Assembly (NCBI GenBank): GCA_964234715.1
Contig: OZ174284.1
Strand: one strand, 5' to 3'
DNA from: Podarcis melisellensis
Taxonomy: Eukaryota
Length of the DNA: 64,000 bases
The notes below the pieces were generated by a model. It saw only the letters and a list, made by a program, of their open reading frames with translations. It was not told the origin of the DNA and ran no database searches. A program made the translations under genes and the position numbers. This document shows, piece after piece, positions 51,663 through 61,471 of this stretch (the first letter of the stretch is position 1; every line of letters begins with the position of its first letter).

Positions 51663-51900
51663 CAGTTGTACCTTGGAAGTCGAACGGAATCGGTTCCAGA
51701 AGTCCATTCGACTGTCAAAACCAAAGCGTGGCTTCTGATTGGCTGCAGATAGCTCCTGCAGCCAATCAGAAGCCGCAGAAACCCTGTTAGATGTTCGGCT
51801 TCCAAAAATAGTTCACAAACCAGAACAGTCACTTCTGTTCGCGGCGTTCATGAGCCAAAACTTTCAAGAACTAAGCTGTTAGAAAACCAAGGTACAACTG
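51663..51900. mobile_element. Tc1/mariner MITE
   Basis: TIRs CAGTTGTACCTTGG...CCAAGGTACAACTG; TA flanks; internal hairpin gcttctgattggctgcag/ctgcagccaatcagaagc. Confidence 0.88.
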
Positions 51901-52143
51901 TACTTCCATTCATAAAAACCATCAAGACCCAAACAATAGAATAAGCAGTAATTTCTCTCATCACATACTGTTCCTACTCTTATGCTGGGTCAGCTATTGA
52001 ATTTTTTATTTTTCATGTAGCAGCCATAACAATAGATAAATGAGTAAATAAAACAGTAGAACACAAGCTTTAATTATGGCTTCATTAGGAAATCAGCAAA
52101 AATAAAATGTTGTAATCCACACATTAGGTAAATTAACACTTAC

Positions 52144-52267
52144 CAGGAGAGTTAGTTTCACTTTCTGTGTCCATGGCAACTTCATCGTAATTATCATATT
52201 GATAGATTCCTCCTGCACTCTCCGTAGATTGCTTATCTATTGACCGTCTCAAGTCTTTATCTGAAGA
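52144..52267 (-). CDS. ZFC3H1: ZFC3H1 exon 6
   Basis: 124 nt; SSDKDLRRSIDKQSTESAGGIYQYDNYDEVAMDTESETNSP. Confidence 0.95.
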
Positions 52268-54135
52268 CTACACAAAAAACAAGTTTGGTTAGCCTCAGAT
52301 ATATTTTATTTCCTTTCTTAAACACATGCAATGCTGCCAGTTTTGCCTCAAACAGCTGCCCAGGAAGAAAAGCTATATGAAAGATAGCAGTGGCAAACTA
52401 CTGACTCCTATTTGCTGGATCTTCTCTCGTAACAACTGTGGTTTCAGTAAGGGACAGCAAGCAGCAGAATAGTTCGTTTTTACAAAACACTGCATTTTTC
52501 AAAGCTACCAAGTCACACTGTAATTATTTTTAAGTGTGTGGGAAGGCAAATCTTCCAACCATTTCCAACCTGCAAAAAATGAATAATTATGATCCCCTGG
52601 GTCATGACAACAGAATGGTACAGTTGGCGTCAGCATATAGCATGGCCTATCACAAGGCTAATGTCAGTCTCTTTTTTTAAAAATCACTGAGCGCTGATTG
52701 AAGCAGCTACAGCTGCAGCTACTGTAATTATCCTTGTCTCCAATGACCCTGGGCTCCTTTCCTTCCCTGGGGTGTACATCAGGTGTGAGGCCCAACTGGA
52801 AGTATTGCAAGAAAGAGAGTGAGCCACGGACAGAGAAATGCCTTGACAATCCTAGGCAGGTGCCCATCAGTGGAAATAGGCCCGGAAGCCCCGAGTAGTA
52901 CAGAGTGCAGTGCTTCTCCTCTGCTGCTGGCTGGCCACTGCTGCTCCCCCCCCCCCCAATCCAGGTGACTAACTACGGTATTCTGGGTAGGGAGAGAAGT
53001 TGTCAAGGTGGTCAGCCAGTAGTGACCGGGGAAGCATTGAAATCTGTGTTCCTCTAGGGTCCCCAATCCCTCAAAATTAAATTCTCTTTTCCAACACTCA
53101 ATGGAGAACCAGGAAATAAAGAAAATTAAAAGGAACAGGCCCCAGAGGAGGCATTCCTTTTCTGCTGGTGACAGTTCTTCATCCTCAATCTAGTGTTGCC
53201 AAGGAGGGTGGGTCTACAGAGGGCATTTGGCAGAAAGCCCTCTCCATCCTGGAGCTGACCCTGCGAAAACCTAGTTGTAGGACCTGAACTCCACCGTCAG
53301 CCATGAATTCTTATTATGGACTCCAAATGAACTTAAAACTACTTCAGATTCTGGGGAAGAATGTGCTACAGTTAGAAATATAGTTGGAGGGATTCAGGAA
53401 TTTCTGCAATTTCTCACTGTTACAACACCTTGCACATCCAGTCGCTGCTTTTATTCCCCAATGAAAACACAAGTGGAAACAATCCCTTGTGCTTTCAGGA
53501 TGCAATTTTACACAAGTGCTTGTGGCACTGCTCACAAGAGAAAATTCTCAAATCATAGATATTTACACCACCATTCCTAATCAACTTAAAAACATGACTA
53601 ACAAAATGAGTGTAAAATTTACGGTGCCTCAGCACAGTTGCCACTAATTTATAAGGCCTCACTACTTACTAGTGAGAATTTTATGCCTAATTTGGTCTTC
53701 CTACTCATCTGTATCAATTTCCATTTGCAATTCCTTTGAAAACCATTAGGTTGAGGAAAAAAACCCATTGTTAACGACTTTCAGTTTTTAATGTGTATAA
53801 TATACTTGAATTTAAAAGTTCTTGTTTTCCAGATAGCTCAGCATTTTTTGCTTACATAGCACTACCAAATGTTTTACAACCCTTATTTCATAAAGCCCAG
53901 CAAACTAGAGAAGATGGTCAGTATTTCTGATAGAAAACAGGCTGAAAGACAGCAAGTTGTCCAGGACCAATATGTCTATATCTAAAGAGAGCTAAGATCC
54001 TCAAGTCCTAATCTAATCCTGTCAGATCATGGGTCACCAAGCTGAGCAAACCCCACCCCACCCCCACCCCCACCAGCAACATTAATTACACAAGTACTTC
54101 CATGTTAAAGCCATACTCCATGCCTGTCAATTTAC

Positions 54136-54362
54136 CTTGCTTCTTGATCTTGCCTTGCTTCCAACCAGCTTCATAAACCTATTATACTGTTCTTCTTGAT
54201 TTGAAAGATCACGGATTTTTCTTATTTCCTCTTCCCTTTTCCTTCTCTCCTCCTCCTCTTCTTGTTTCCGTTGTTCCTCTTCCTTCTGACGCCTTTCTTG
54301 TTCCTTCTGTTGTTGCAGTTTTTTCCACACTTTTGTTTGCTGTTTCCTCAGTGCTTGCTTAG
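54136..54362 (-). CDS. ZFC3H1: ZFC3H1 exon 5 (coiled coil)
   Basis: 227 nt; KQALRKQQTKVWKKLQQQKEQ...ARSRSK. Confidence 0.95.
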
Positions 54363-54501
54363 CTTTAAATAAGAGTATTGATTAATTACACTTAATTTTT
54401 CCAAAGACACACAACAAATCTATGGAGAAAGTAAGCTGTCAAATATTGAACATTACAGATCTCAACTTGGAAAGCCACTGCTTACCACTTTAACCATTTA
54501 C

Positions 54502-54700
54502 CTGCAGTGCTGGTTTTTTTGGCCGAATGCGATTTTGTGCTGGTTTTGATCTTTTGTGGTACATTTTTTGCCTTTGTTAGTTTTTCCTTGCTTTCTTTCA
54601 TCACTTGTTGCTCTTTCTGTTGCCACTTTTTACTGGCAGACTGCAAAGCTAGTAGTCTTAGCTGCAACTCTGACACTTCCTCCTCTTCATCAAGCAATTT
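54502..54700 (-). CDS. ZFC3H1: ZFC3H1 exon 4
   Basis: 199 nt; KLLDEEEEVSELQLRLLALQSASKKWQQKEQQ. Confidence 0.95.
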
Positions 54701-55008
54701 CTTTTGTGAAATGAAAAGCACACACACTTCAGTTCTTTATTCATCATTAAACTGATATTTTTAAAAGGTTTTGACAAAAAAAAAATCACTCTATGCAAAA
54801 CACTAGCTACAGTACCCTTAGAAGGATGGTTTTCAAACTTTACATACAGAATCCTAAAACACATTTTACTCAGGCGTTAGCCACATTTAACACTGTAGGA
54901 CTTGCTTTGAAACAACATACATAGGCTTGCACTGTAAGTATACATTAGGCTAGAGCTAAATTTTAAGTGACTGATGTTGCAGCTGGAAAAACAAGTGGCT
55001 CCACTTAC

Positions 55009-55070
55009 CTTCTCTACTGAAGCATCTGATGGGCTAAGATTTTGTTCTCCTTGCTCTTTTTCATCTACTG
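55009..55070 (-). CDS. ZFC3H1: ZFC3H1 exon 3 (acceptor ambiguous: 55070, 55067 or 55064)
   Basis: aag|cag|tag tandem acceptors; donor gtaagt; VDEKEQGEQNLSPSDASVEK; phases fit the neighbouring exons. Confidence 0.85.
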
Positions 55071-56092
55071 CTTAAAAATATAAATGATATATTTTATCAA
55101 GCACAATGACAAAATAAATGAATTTAAGCATGCAAAGGAACTGTCATATTATACATAAATTTCTAACATGTATATTAAGCAGAATATGCTGCAAAATCTA
55201 TATGCTTGGTTCTTTTACTTTCCATGGTCCCAATTTATACTTGCCCTGTGTGCAAAAGCAAGCACACATTCCCTTAAGTTCCTGTCTTCCTCTCTTATTT
55301 TATTATTACATTACACAAGAGGTGTACTTCATACTGGGGAAAACTCATGCTTCCTGGTCACCTTAATACTTCCACTAATTCTGTGACGCAGTCTGAAAGC
55401 CTGGAAGCATCAGCATCACAGTGTGAGAAACTCAAGCAGAGGGTCCCAGGCACCCCCAAACTCATTATCAAGATCAGCTCAAGACCTCAACTCATAGAGC
55501 AACACTGCAGATTCCAAACTATCTACTCTTACAGTCAGGTCCAGGCTTGGTTTGTCCACACTACTATTGTAAAGAATGCTTGCTATGCCCTCAAATGAAA
55601 CATGCAGCATTGCCAACAGCAAAAAGGTAGAAAAATAGATAAGCATCTCTCCTTCAGTACTAAACAGCACTCTAGATTCAATCTGTACCAAGTTCCCAGG
55701 CAAACAATGGTCAAGGAATGGAAAGATAAAACAGAAGTGCATGCCAAAATTATCAAACAAATGAGGGGATGGAATTCCCCCTACACATTATTTTTACAAT
55801 GTACTTTTAATATATATTAAAGATTGTTGTTTGATTCTCTTTTTATTCTTGGCTGCCTTTACTTGAGTTATATTCTGTTAGTAAAACAAGATATAAACAT
55901 TCTTAAGAAATGTCACGTTTTCAAAACACTTCTCTTTTTACCAGTAATAAAAGTTAAATAAAAACAAACTGTAATCTGTGCCAACATTACAATGTCTCTA
56001 AAAATGCAAGCTACTCTGGCACAAGCAAAAGCAGTTTTAAAAATTACAGAAAGGATAAAAACATGAGTTTATTACACATAAAGAACAATTAC

Positions 56093-56509
56093 CTTGACTG
56101 GCATCCAGTAATTCAGTTTTCTGTGACACTTGTTTTACTCCATCTTTCACTTTTTTCAACTTGCTCCTCTCAGCTAGGGTTGGCAGTTTTTGCCTGAGAG
56201 GCTTCAGTTCAAATGCCTGAAAGGTTAACACTTTATTCTTCTCCTCAGGAGACACTTCATTTACAGCATCCTTTGTAATACTGATATTTTCTGTAGATAC
56301 TTGGTCCTCAGGACTGGCCATTTCATCGTTGCCTTGTGGAGTTTCCTCTTTGTTATTCAGAGCCAGTTTCTCATCTTTATTAATATATTCAAGTTCTAGT
56401 TGAATCTGCTTATATTTCAACAACAGATCCTCAAAACTCTCTTCAACAGAGTTATCATTCTTAGATGAATAGTTCTGCTTTCTAGATGGAGATTTTCCAA
56501 AGCTTTTGG
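56093..56509 (-). CDS. ZFC3H1: ZFC3H1 exon 2
   Basis: attag|...|gtaatt; 417 nt; KSFGKSPSRKQNYSSKNDNSVEESFEDLLLKYKQIQLELE. Confidence 0.95.
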
Positions 56510-57126
56510 CTAATTTATTTATTAAGAAAATGGTCTAGAGTACATTTGTCACTTGCACCATTGTAAGGAAGTGATCAAAAGCATATAGCCACTGAAACCT
56601 TTCGTTCCAAACAGCAATTCAATCATGTTTCAACATGCAGGAGATAATACATACAACTTCCATGTTTACTCACACAGTGCTTCCTTACAAGATTCTGCAG
56701 TAAGTGAAGCGGCATTCTCTTGTCCTCTTCCCAAACATCTGACACCAGGCATTGCAACCACCCCTTTGAAGAGGTTTCCTGACCTCAATTCCACTGCCAC
56801 AACCAGTTTGGTTTCTTTCCCTCCTGGGACACGCCAACTCTCATTATACACATCCCAGATGATTTCCTCCCCTAAAGTATTTCTGACCACAATCTTAAAT
56901 GTTAGCAATACACAACTACTTCTGGCTGGCCTCTTTCATATTTAAATAAGCTGGTGGCAGATCTACTTAAGTATAAGGAGTCAAAAAAACTTAGTTTGGT
57001 GAATTTTGATACTTTAGGCAGTATCCAACTAAACAATTCTGCTAGCACAAGGACTTCCGGATGTGCAACAGAGCTTTCTCTACCTCTGCTTGTAACCTAT
57101 AACAGCCTCTAGTAGAGAGCCTGAAG

Positions 57127-57340
57127 CAGGCATGACCAAAGTCTGTTTCGGGGGCCTAATTTGGCCCGCTGGTTGGGTTAATCCCACCCCGTGTGGGTGT
57201 TTATTTCCTGGGGTAAACTTCAATCCTAAAAGAAACTCAACAACTTCAATCCTAAAAAAAGGTCAACAACTGTGGTCGGCCCCCACGGCCCTTCACTTCA
57301 TCAAATCTGGCCCTCTTTGAAAAAGATCTGGACACCACTG
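57127..57340. mobile_element. hAT-like non-autonomous element
   Basis: CAG...CTG ends with GGCCC subterminal motifs; no clear TSD. Confidence 0.5.
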
Positions 57341-59049
57341 AAACTGCCCTCATTTATGACACAGATATACCTTAAGGCTGTGTGCACTCTGTGCTAAAAA
57401 TAATTGAGTCCATTTGTTGTATATGTAAAATTATTTGGATTTGTATATATAGACCTCTTCTTTTTATATTTTATTCTACTACTGCTTTATCTGCAAATGT
57501 TCTGGTTTTCCCTAAATATGGCCAACCAGTAGTGCAGGCACAGCTGCTCACCTCTAACTACTAGCAGTATTAAGCTATCACAGGCCTGATTTCACTAGAC
57601 ATTGCCTGCACTTTCAAATATGTCTTCACAACGATAAGAGACCAGAAAGTTGTTTCTGTTAAATGAAACTCCATATACTCAGGAAGCTAAATTCTGTGGC
57701 CAGTATGATTTTATGTGCTTTCTTCATTCCCCTAGAACTAGGGCTTCAGGGTTTTAATTAGCTGCCTACACAGTACTTCATTACAGTGGTTCTTTTGAAC
57801 AACTGCCTCTGATTGGAAAGCATCCTAAAATACATTGGAACAGAATCCAATGGTGTTTCAAAAACAGAAGCTTACTCATGTGTTATGCCACCTATGCATT
57901 GAGGAGCTAATAGGAGTTAGTCCAAAACAAGAGCCCCAGGTTGGGCAATTCTGGTCTAACAGAAAACCAATAGCCGTCAAGGCTGACTATCGGTCGAATA
58001 AAGGAAATTGATTGATTGAATAGCCATCAAGGGGTAAAAGCTAGCCAAAACAGACTTCCACACTGAGCCAGTCATAGGCTTGCATTGCAACATGTTGAAC
58101 TCAGCTTGTAGTGACAGAGTTACATGCAGAGACTGGAAGGCAGAATCCATTTTCTTTTTCCTAAGTTTCTTTCCTCCAGTGATCACAAGAAGGAATACAT
58201 TGGGTTGTCCTGTTTTATTCTCACAACCACTTAGCAGGATAAGGCAAAGCTGAAAAGACAGCAACTCACCATCCAGGACGATCTGGACTAAGCAGTGTCA
58301 ACATTCCAAGTCCACCACTCTATTTACCACACCTCAAGCTTAATTTGGCCATTGAAGCAAGTTATCTGCTTCTAAATAGAATGCAACCCAAGAGAAACAA
58401 AAGCAACTCCTTGTGTCATCTTTAGAAGAATAAAACTGGGAGATGAGTAAAAATATACAGTAGCACCAATTGAGAAGCCTCAGCTTTTATCCTATTCTCT
58501 ATTTACATAATTCCATAAAGACACAGAGATACATATGAGGAAATTACTACATGCAGCTCACACAGAACAAACTAAACAGTTCTCTGTATGCCCCCACAAT
58601 ATGCCTTTTTTATTCTTTCAGTTCATGGGCAAAACTGAAACTAGTAAACTGGACAAGAACCACGCCCTAGACAATGTGTAACTAAAGAATATGACTCTAG
58701 TAGTGAACTTAAATTCAGTTTTTAAAAGTTACTTGTTCAAATAATAAATAAATGTTCTTGTTCAAATAATAAATGTGAAAGATATTAATCACTGATGGAA
58801 TTTCTGACAATGATCAGCTACTCAAGCAATAGAGTCCTTGAATATACATTTAAATTTAATAACAAACATAAGCAATCTCCAATTTCTGCTATCTAACTGC
58901 AGCTCTGACACGAGCATACAGTACATTCATTGCTTGTAAGTTCCGCTTGCCTCCATTCGGTCTTGTCTGGAGATACTAAAAAAAGCTTTTATCAACTTAT
59001 GCTGTTATGTTACCTGCAGCCATACCTAGATGGAAACTGCCTGGGAATA

Positions 59050-59460
59050 GTTACACATGCTCTAGTAACCTCCGATTTACATTACTGCAATTGAAAAGGG
59101 TCTGGAAACTGCAGCTGGTCCAAAATAGGACAGCAAGGCTTTTAACTGGGATATGTTAGAGTGTTAATTATGTAATTGTTTTATCAGCTGTACTGTCTCC
59201 CAGTCAGTTTCTGGGATCAAAGTGCTGTTTTTAAATATTAGACCAGACATGGGAAACTTGTGGCCCTCCAGATGTTGGTGGCTTCCATTTCCCAGCAGCC
59301 TCAGTTAACATGGCTAACCAAAAGATCCCTCTCACAGGTCCTGCTCAAGGTGCCTCCATTTAGACAGGCAGCAACCATGAACTGTAGAACACTCTATCCA
59401 GAGAGACTCATGCAGGCCTAGCATATTCTTTATTGCCGTTCTGGCACCAGGTAAATAAAC
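59050..59460 (+). mobile_element. Degraded L2-like LINE remnant; a similar remnant lies at about 17720-17900
   Basis: Residual 'HALVTS..DYCN' and 'KLQLVQN..ARLL' coding signature with indels. Confidence 0.55.
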
Positions 59461-60559
59461 TTCTATTTTCCCTATGCCTTTACAAACAAAATGTGATTGT
59501 ACTAATTATTTTTGTGGGTTTTATTTTATTTTTTGTCATCTGGCTTTAAGCTTGTCTCCACCAGAAGTTTTAGACAGTATGCTGTTCTCTGATAGTATTT
59601 AAATTGCCGGACAGCTTGAGAATGTTATTGGGCAGCCTTATTTAAATATCCTTCATTTTCTGTCCTTTCACCTGGCTTTCCCCTGTGGCCAACGTTTTCA
59701 CTTATCTTCTCAAACAGCTACAGCACAGGCACCCTGCTACACAATGAACAACATAATCTTTTCAAACATAAGCCCTAGGAGTTCAATGGGATGTACTCCT
59801 AGGATGGCCACCATAATGAATGTAATCTTTTGGGAATTATTCATAAGTAAACATGCTTTAAAAACTGGATGAAAATGATAACATTTCAATAGTACTTTTT
59901 AAAGGTACCATTTTAGTACATAGTACTATATACTGATGCAAGAATTGCATGTTTCCGTTCCTCACCCTCAAAAGAAAGGGGGAACTATTCCCCCTATGCC
60001 TTCAACATTTCAAGGAAATTTACATTTCTCATCCTAAAAACAGAAAGACAAAAATTAAAAACATATTCTCGGTCGAGGACAAACTAAGCATTCCTTGGTT
60101 AGGATATTCCCTGCCATCTTCGGTTACACAACTAAAGGCCAGCTGTGTGGTCAGCAAACTTGCTTAAATGTAAAATCAACACTCATTAAAGTGTTTCAAG
60201 TATTTCAGGCATCACATTTGAAAGCCAATGAGGCTCCTCCCAAGATACCAGATGACATCTTCTGTCTCGGACCACACACTTCACTTCTGCAGAACCTCCT
60301 TAAATCTCAATCTCTCTCTCTCTCACACACACACACACACCCTACCTCTGCATTCATTTCCGCTTTGCCCTTTCTGCTGTCGTCACTACGGCCTCCACCC
60401 AGACCAGAGAAAACAAAACAGGCCGCCGGTCCAACTCCAGGACCACCCTGGGGCCAAACTACCCCATGTTGTAAGAGACCAGGACAGGCAACCCCACCCC
60501 ACTTCCTGCGACACGCAGCACAGAAAGGCCAAGTGGCCTTTTCTTAATGGCAAGGATAC

Positions 60560-61157
60560 ATTTCCGAGGAGAGGGTTCCCTCCAGCCCTGGTTCCCGCCG
60601 TACCCGCCGCCGCCCCCACCTCCCCCGGGGGGTCTTCCCGGGGGGTTTCCTCCTCGGCTCCTGCCCCATCGGCCCCCGCCCCGAAAAGGCCTTCCTCGGA
60701 AGCGGAAGCGGTCCAGGGCGTTGTGGCTGCGCTCCCAGAAGGAGAGCCTGGGGCCGGAGTCTTGGTGCGAGCCGGGCGGCAGCCGCGAGCACGAAGACGA
60801 CGGAGGCGGCGGCTGCTGCGGGTGCAGCCGGAAAGGTTCCTTGAGTCGGTAGCCGCCGCCTCCTCCTCCTCCTCGGCCATGGAGGTGCCCGAGCTCAGGG
60901 GGAGGCTGGTGGCGCAAGTGGGAGAAGCGGCGAGACGAGGAGAGGAGGAGGCTGTTCCGCAGGTCGGGAGGCGGCCTACGCCTGGCGTAAGGGCCCTTGG
61001 TGGTGGTGCCTCCGCCGCCATCTCTACTGCTGGGCTCCGGAGGCCCGCTGTCGTTGTTGTCGTCGTCGCTGATTTCCCCGTCCTCCAGCTCCCCTTCCTC
61101 TCGCGGAGAGAGGTCGCTCGAGGCCGCCGCCTTCCCCTCAGGCGCAGGAGCCGCCAT
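60560..61157 (-). CDS. ZFC3H1: ZFC3H1 exon 1, coding part
   Basis: MAAPAPEGKAAASSDLSPREEGELEDGEISDDD...WREPSPRK; 598 nt; donor T|GTATCCTTG. Confidence 0.95.
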
Positions 61158-61327
61158 AAGGGGGTTTACTCAGCCGCTCACCGACGCGGCAGGGAGCGGC
61201 TTCGAACTGACGTGCACGCGAGCGAGCGCACCGTTCACTTTCGGTTCCTTGGCCGAGTGCCGCCGCGGCCCAGTCAGACCCCAAACTTGTACGCGAGACA
61301 CCACCCTTTCCCCGTTTGCTGGCGCCT

Positions 61328-61341
61328 GCTCTCGCGAGAGC
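61328..61341. promoter_or_regulatory. Palindrome GCTCTCGCGAGAGC containing the TCTCGCGAGA (CGCG/BANP-type) promoter element
   Basis: Exact 14-bp palindrome about 175 bp upstream of the ATG. Confidence 0.75.
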
Positions 61342-61450
61342 TCAGCTCCGGCTTCTCTCGCTCGCGCTCTCCCGCTCCCCCTCCCCACCACCGCGCTTCT
61401 CTTTCCTCCGAGAAGGGGCAGCGAAAACATCACAAAGGGGACGTCGAACG

Positions 61451-61471
61451 GCATGATGGGAGTTGTAGTCC
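61451..61471 (-). promoter_or_regulatory. ZNF143/THAP11 (SBS plus ACTACA, 'GFY') motif GGACTACAACTCCCATCATGC
   Basis: Matches ACTACAAYTCCCAnnATGC, about 300 bp upstream of the ATG, inside the CpG island. Confidence 0.75.

Larger units (their letters stand above)
56510..60559 (-). other. U12-type (minor spliceosome) GT-AG intron 1 of ZFC3H1
   Basis: Donor GTATCCTTG. Branch-like TTTTCTTAAT ends 11 nt before the exon (TTTTCTTAAT AAATAAATTAG|). No polypyrimidine tract. Confidence 0.85.
27020..61157 (-). other. ZFC3H1: ZFC3H1 gene, complete coding region (35 exons, 5967 nt, 1988 aa)
   Basis: All 35 exons were located with consistent phases and no internal stop. The protein has an N-terminal EEGELEDGEI motif, proline-rich and coiled-coil regions, a C3H1 zinc finger and C-terminal helical (TPR/HAT-like) repeats. 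Confidence 0.97.
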
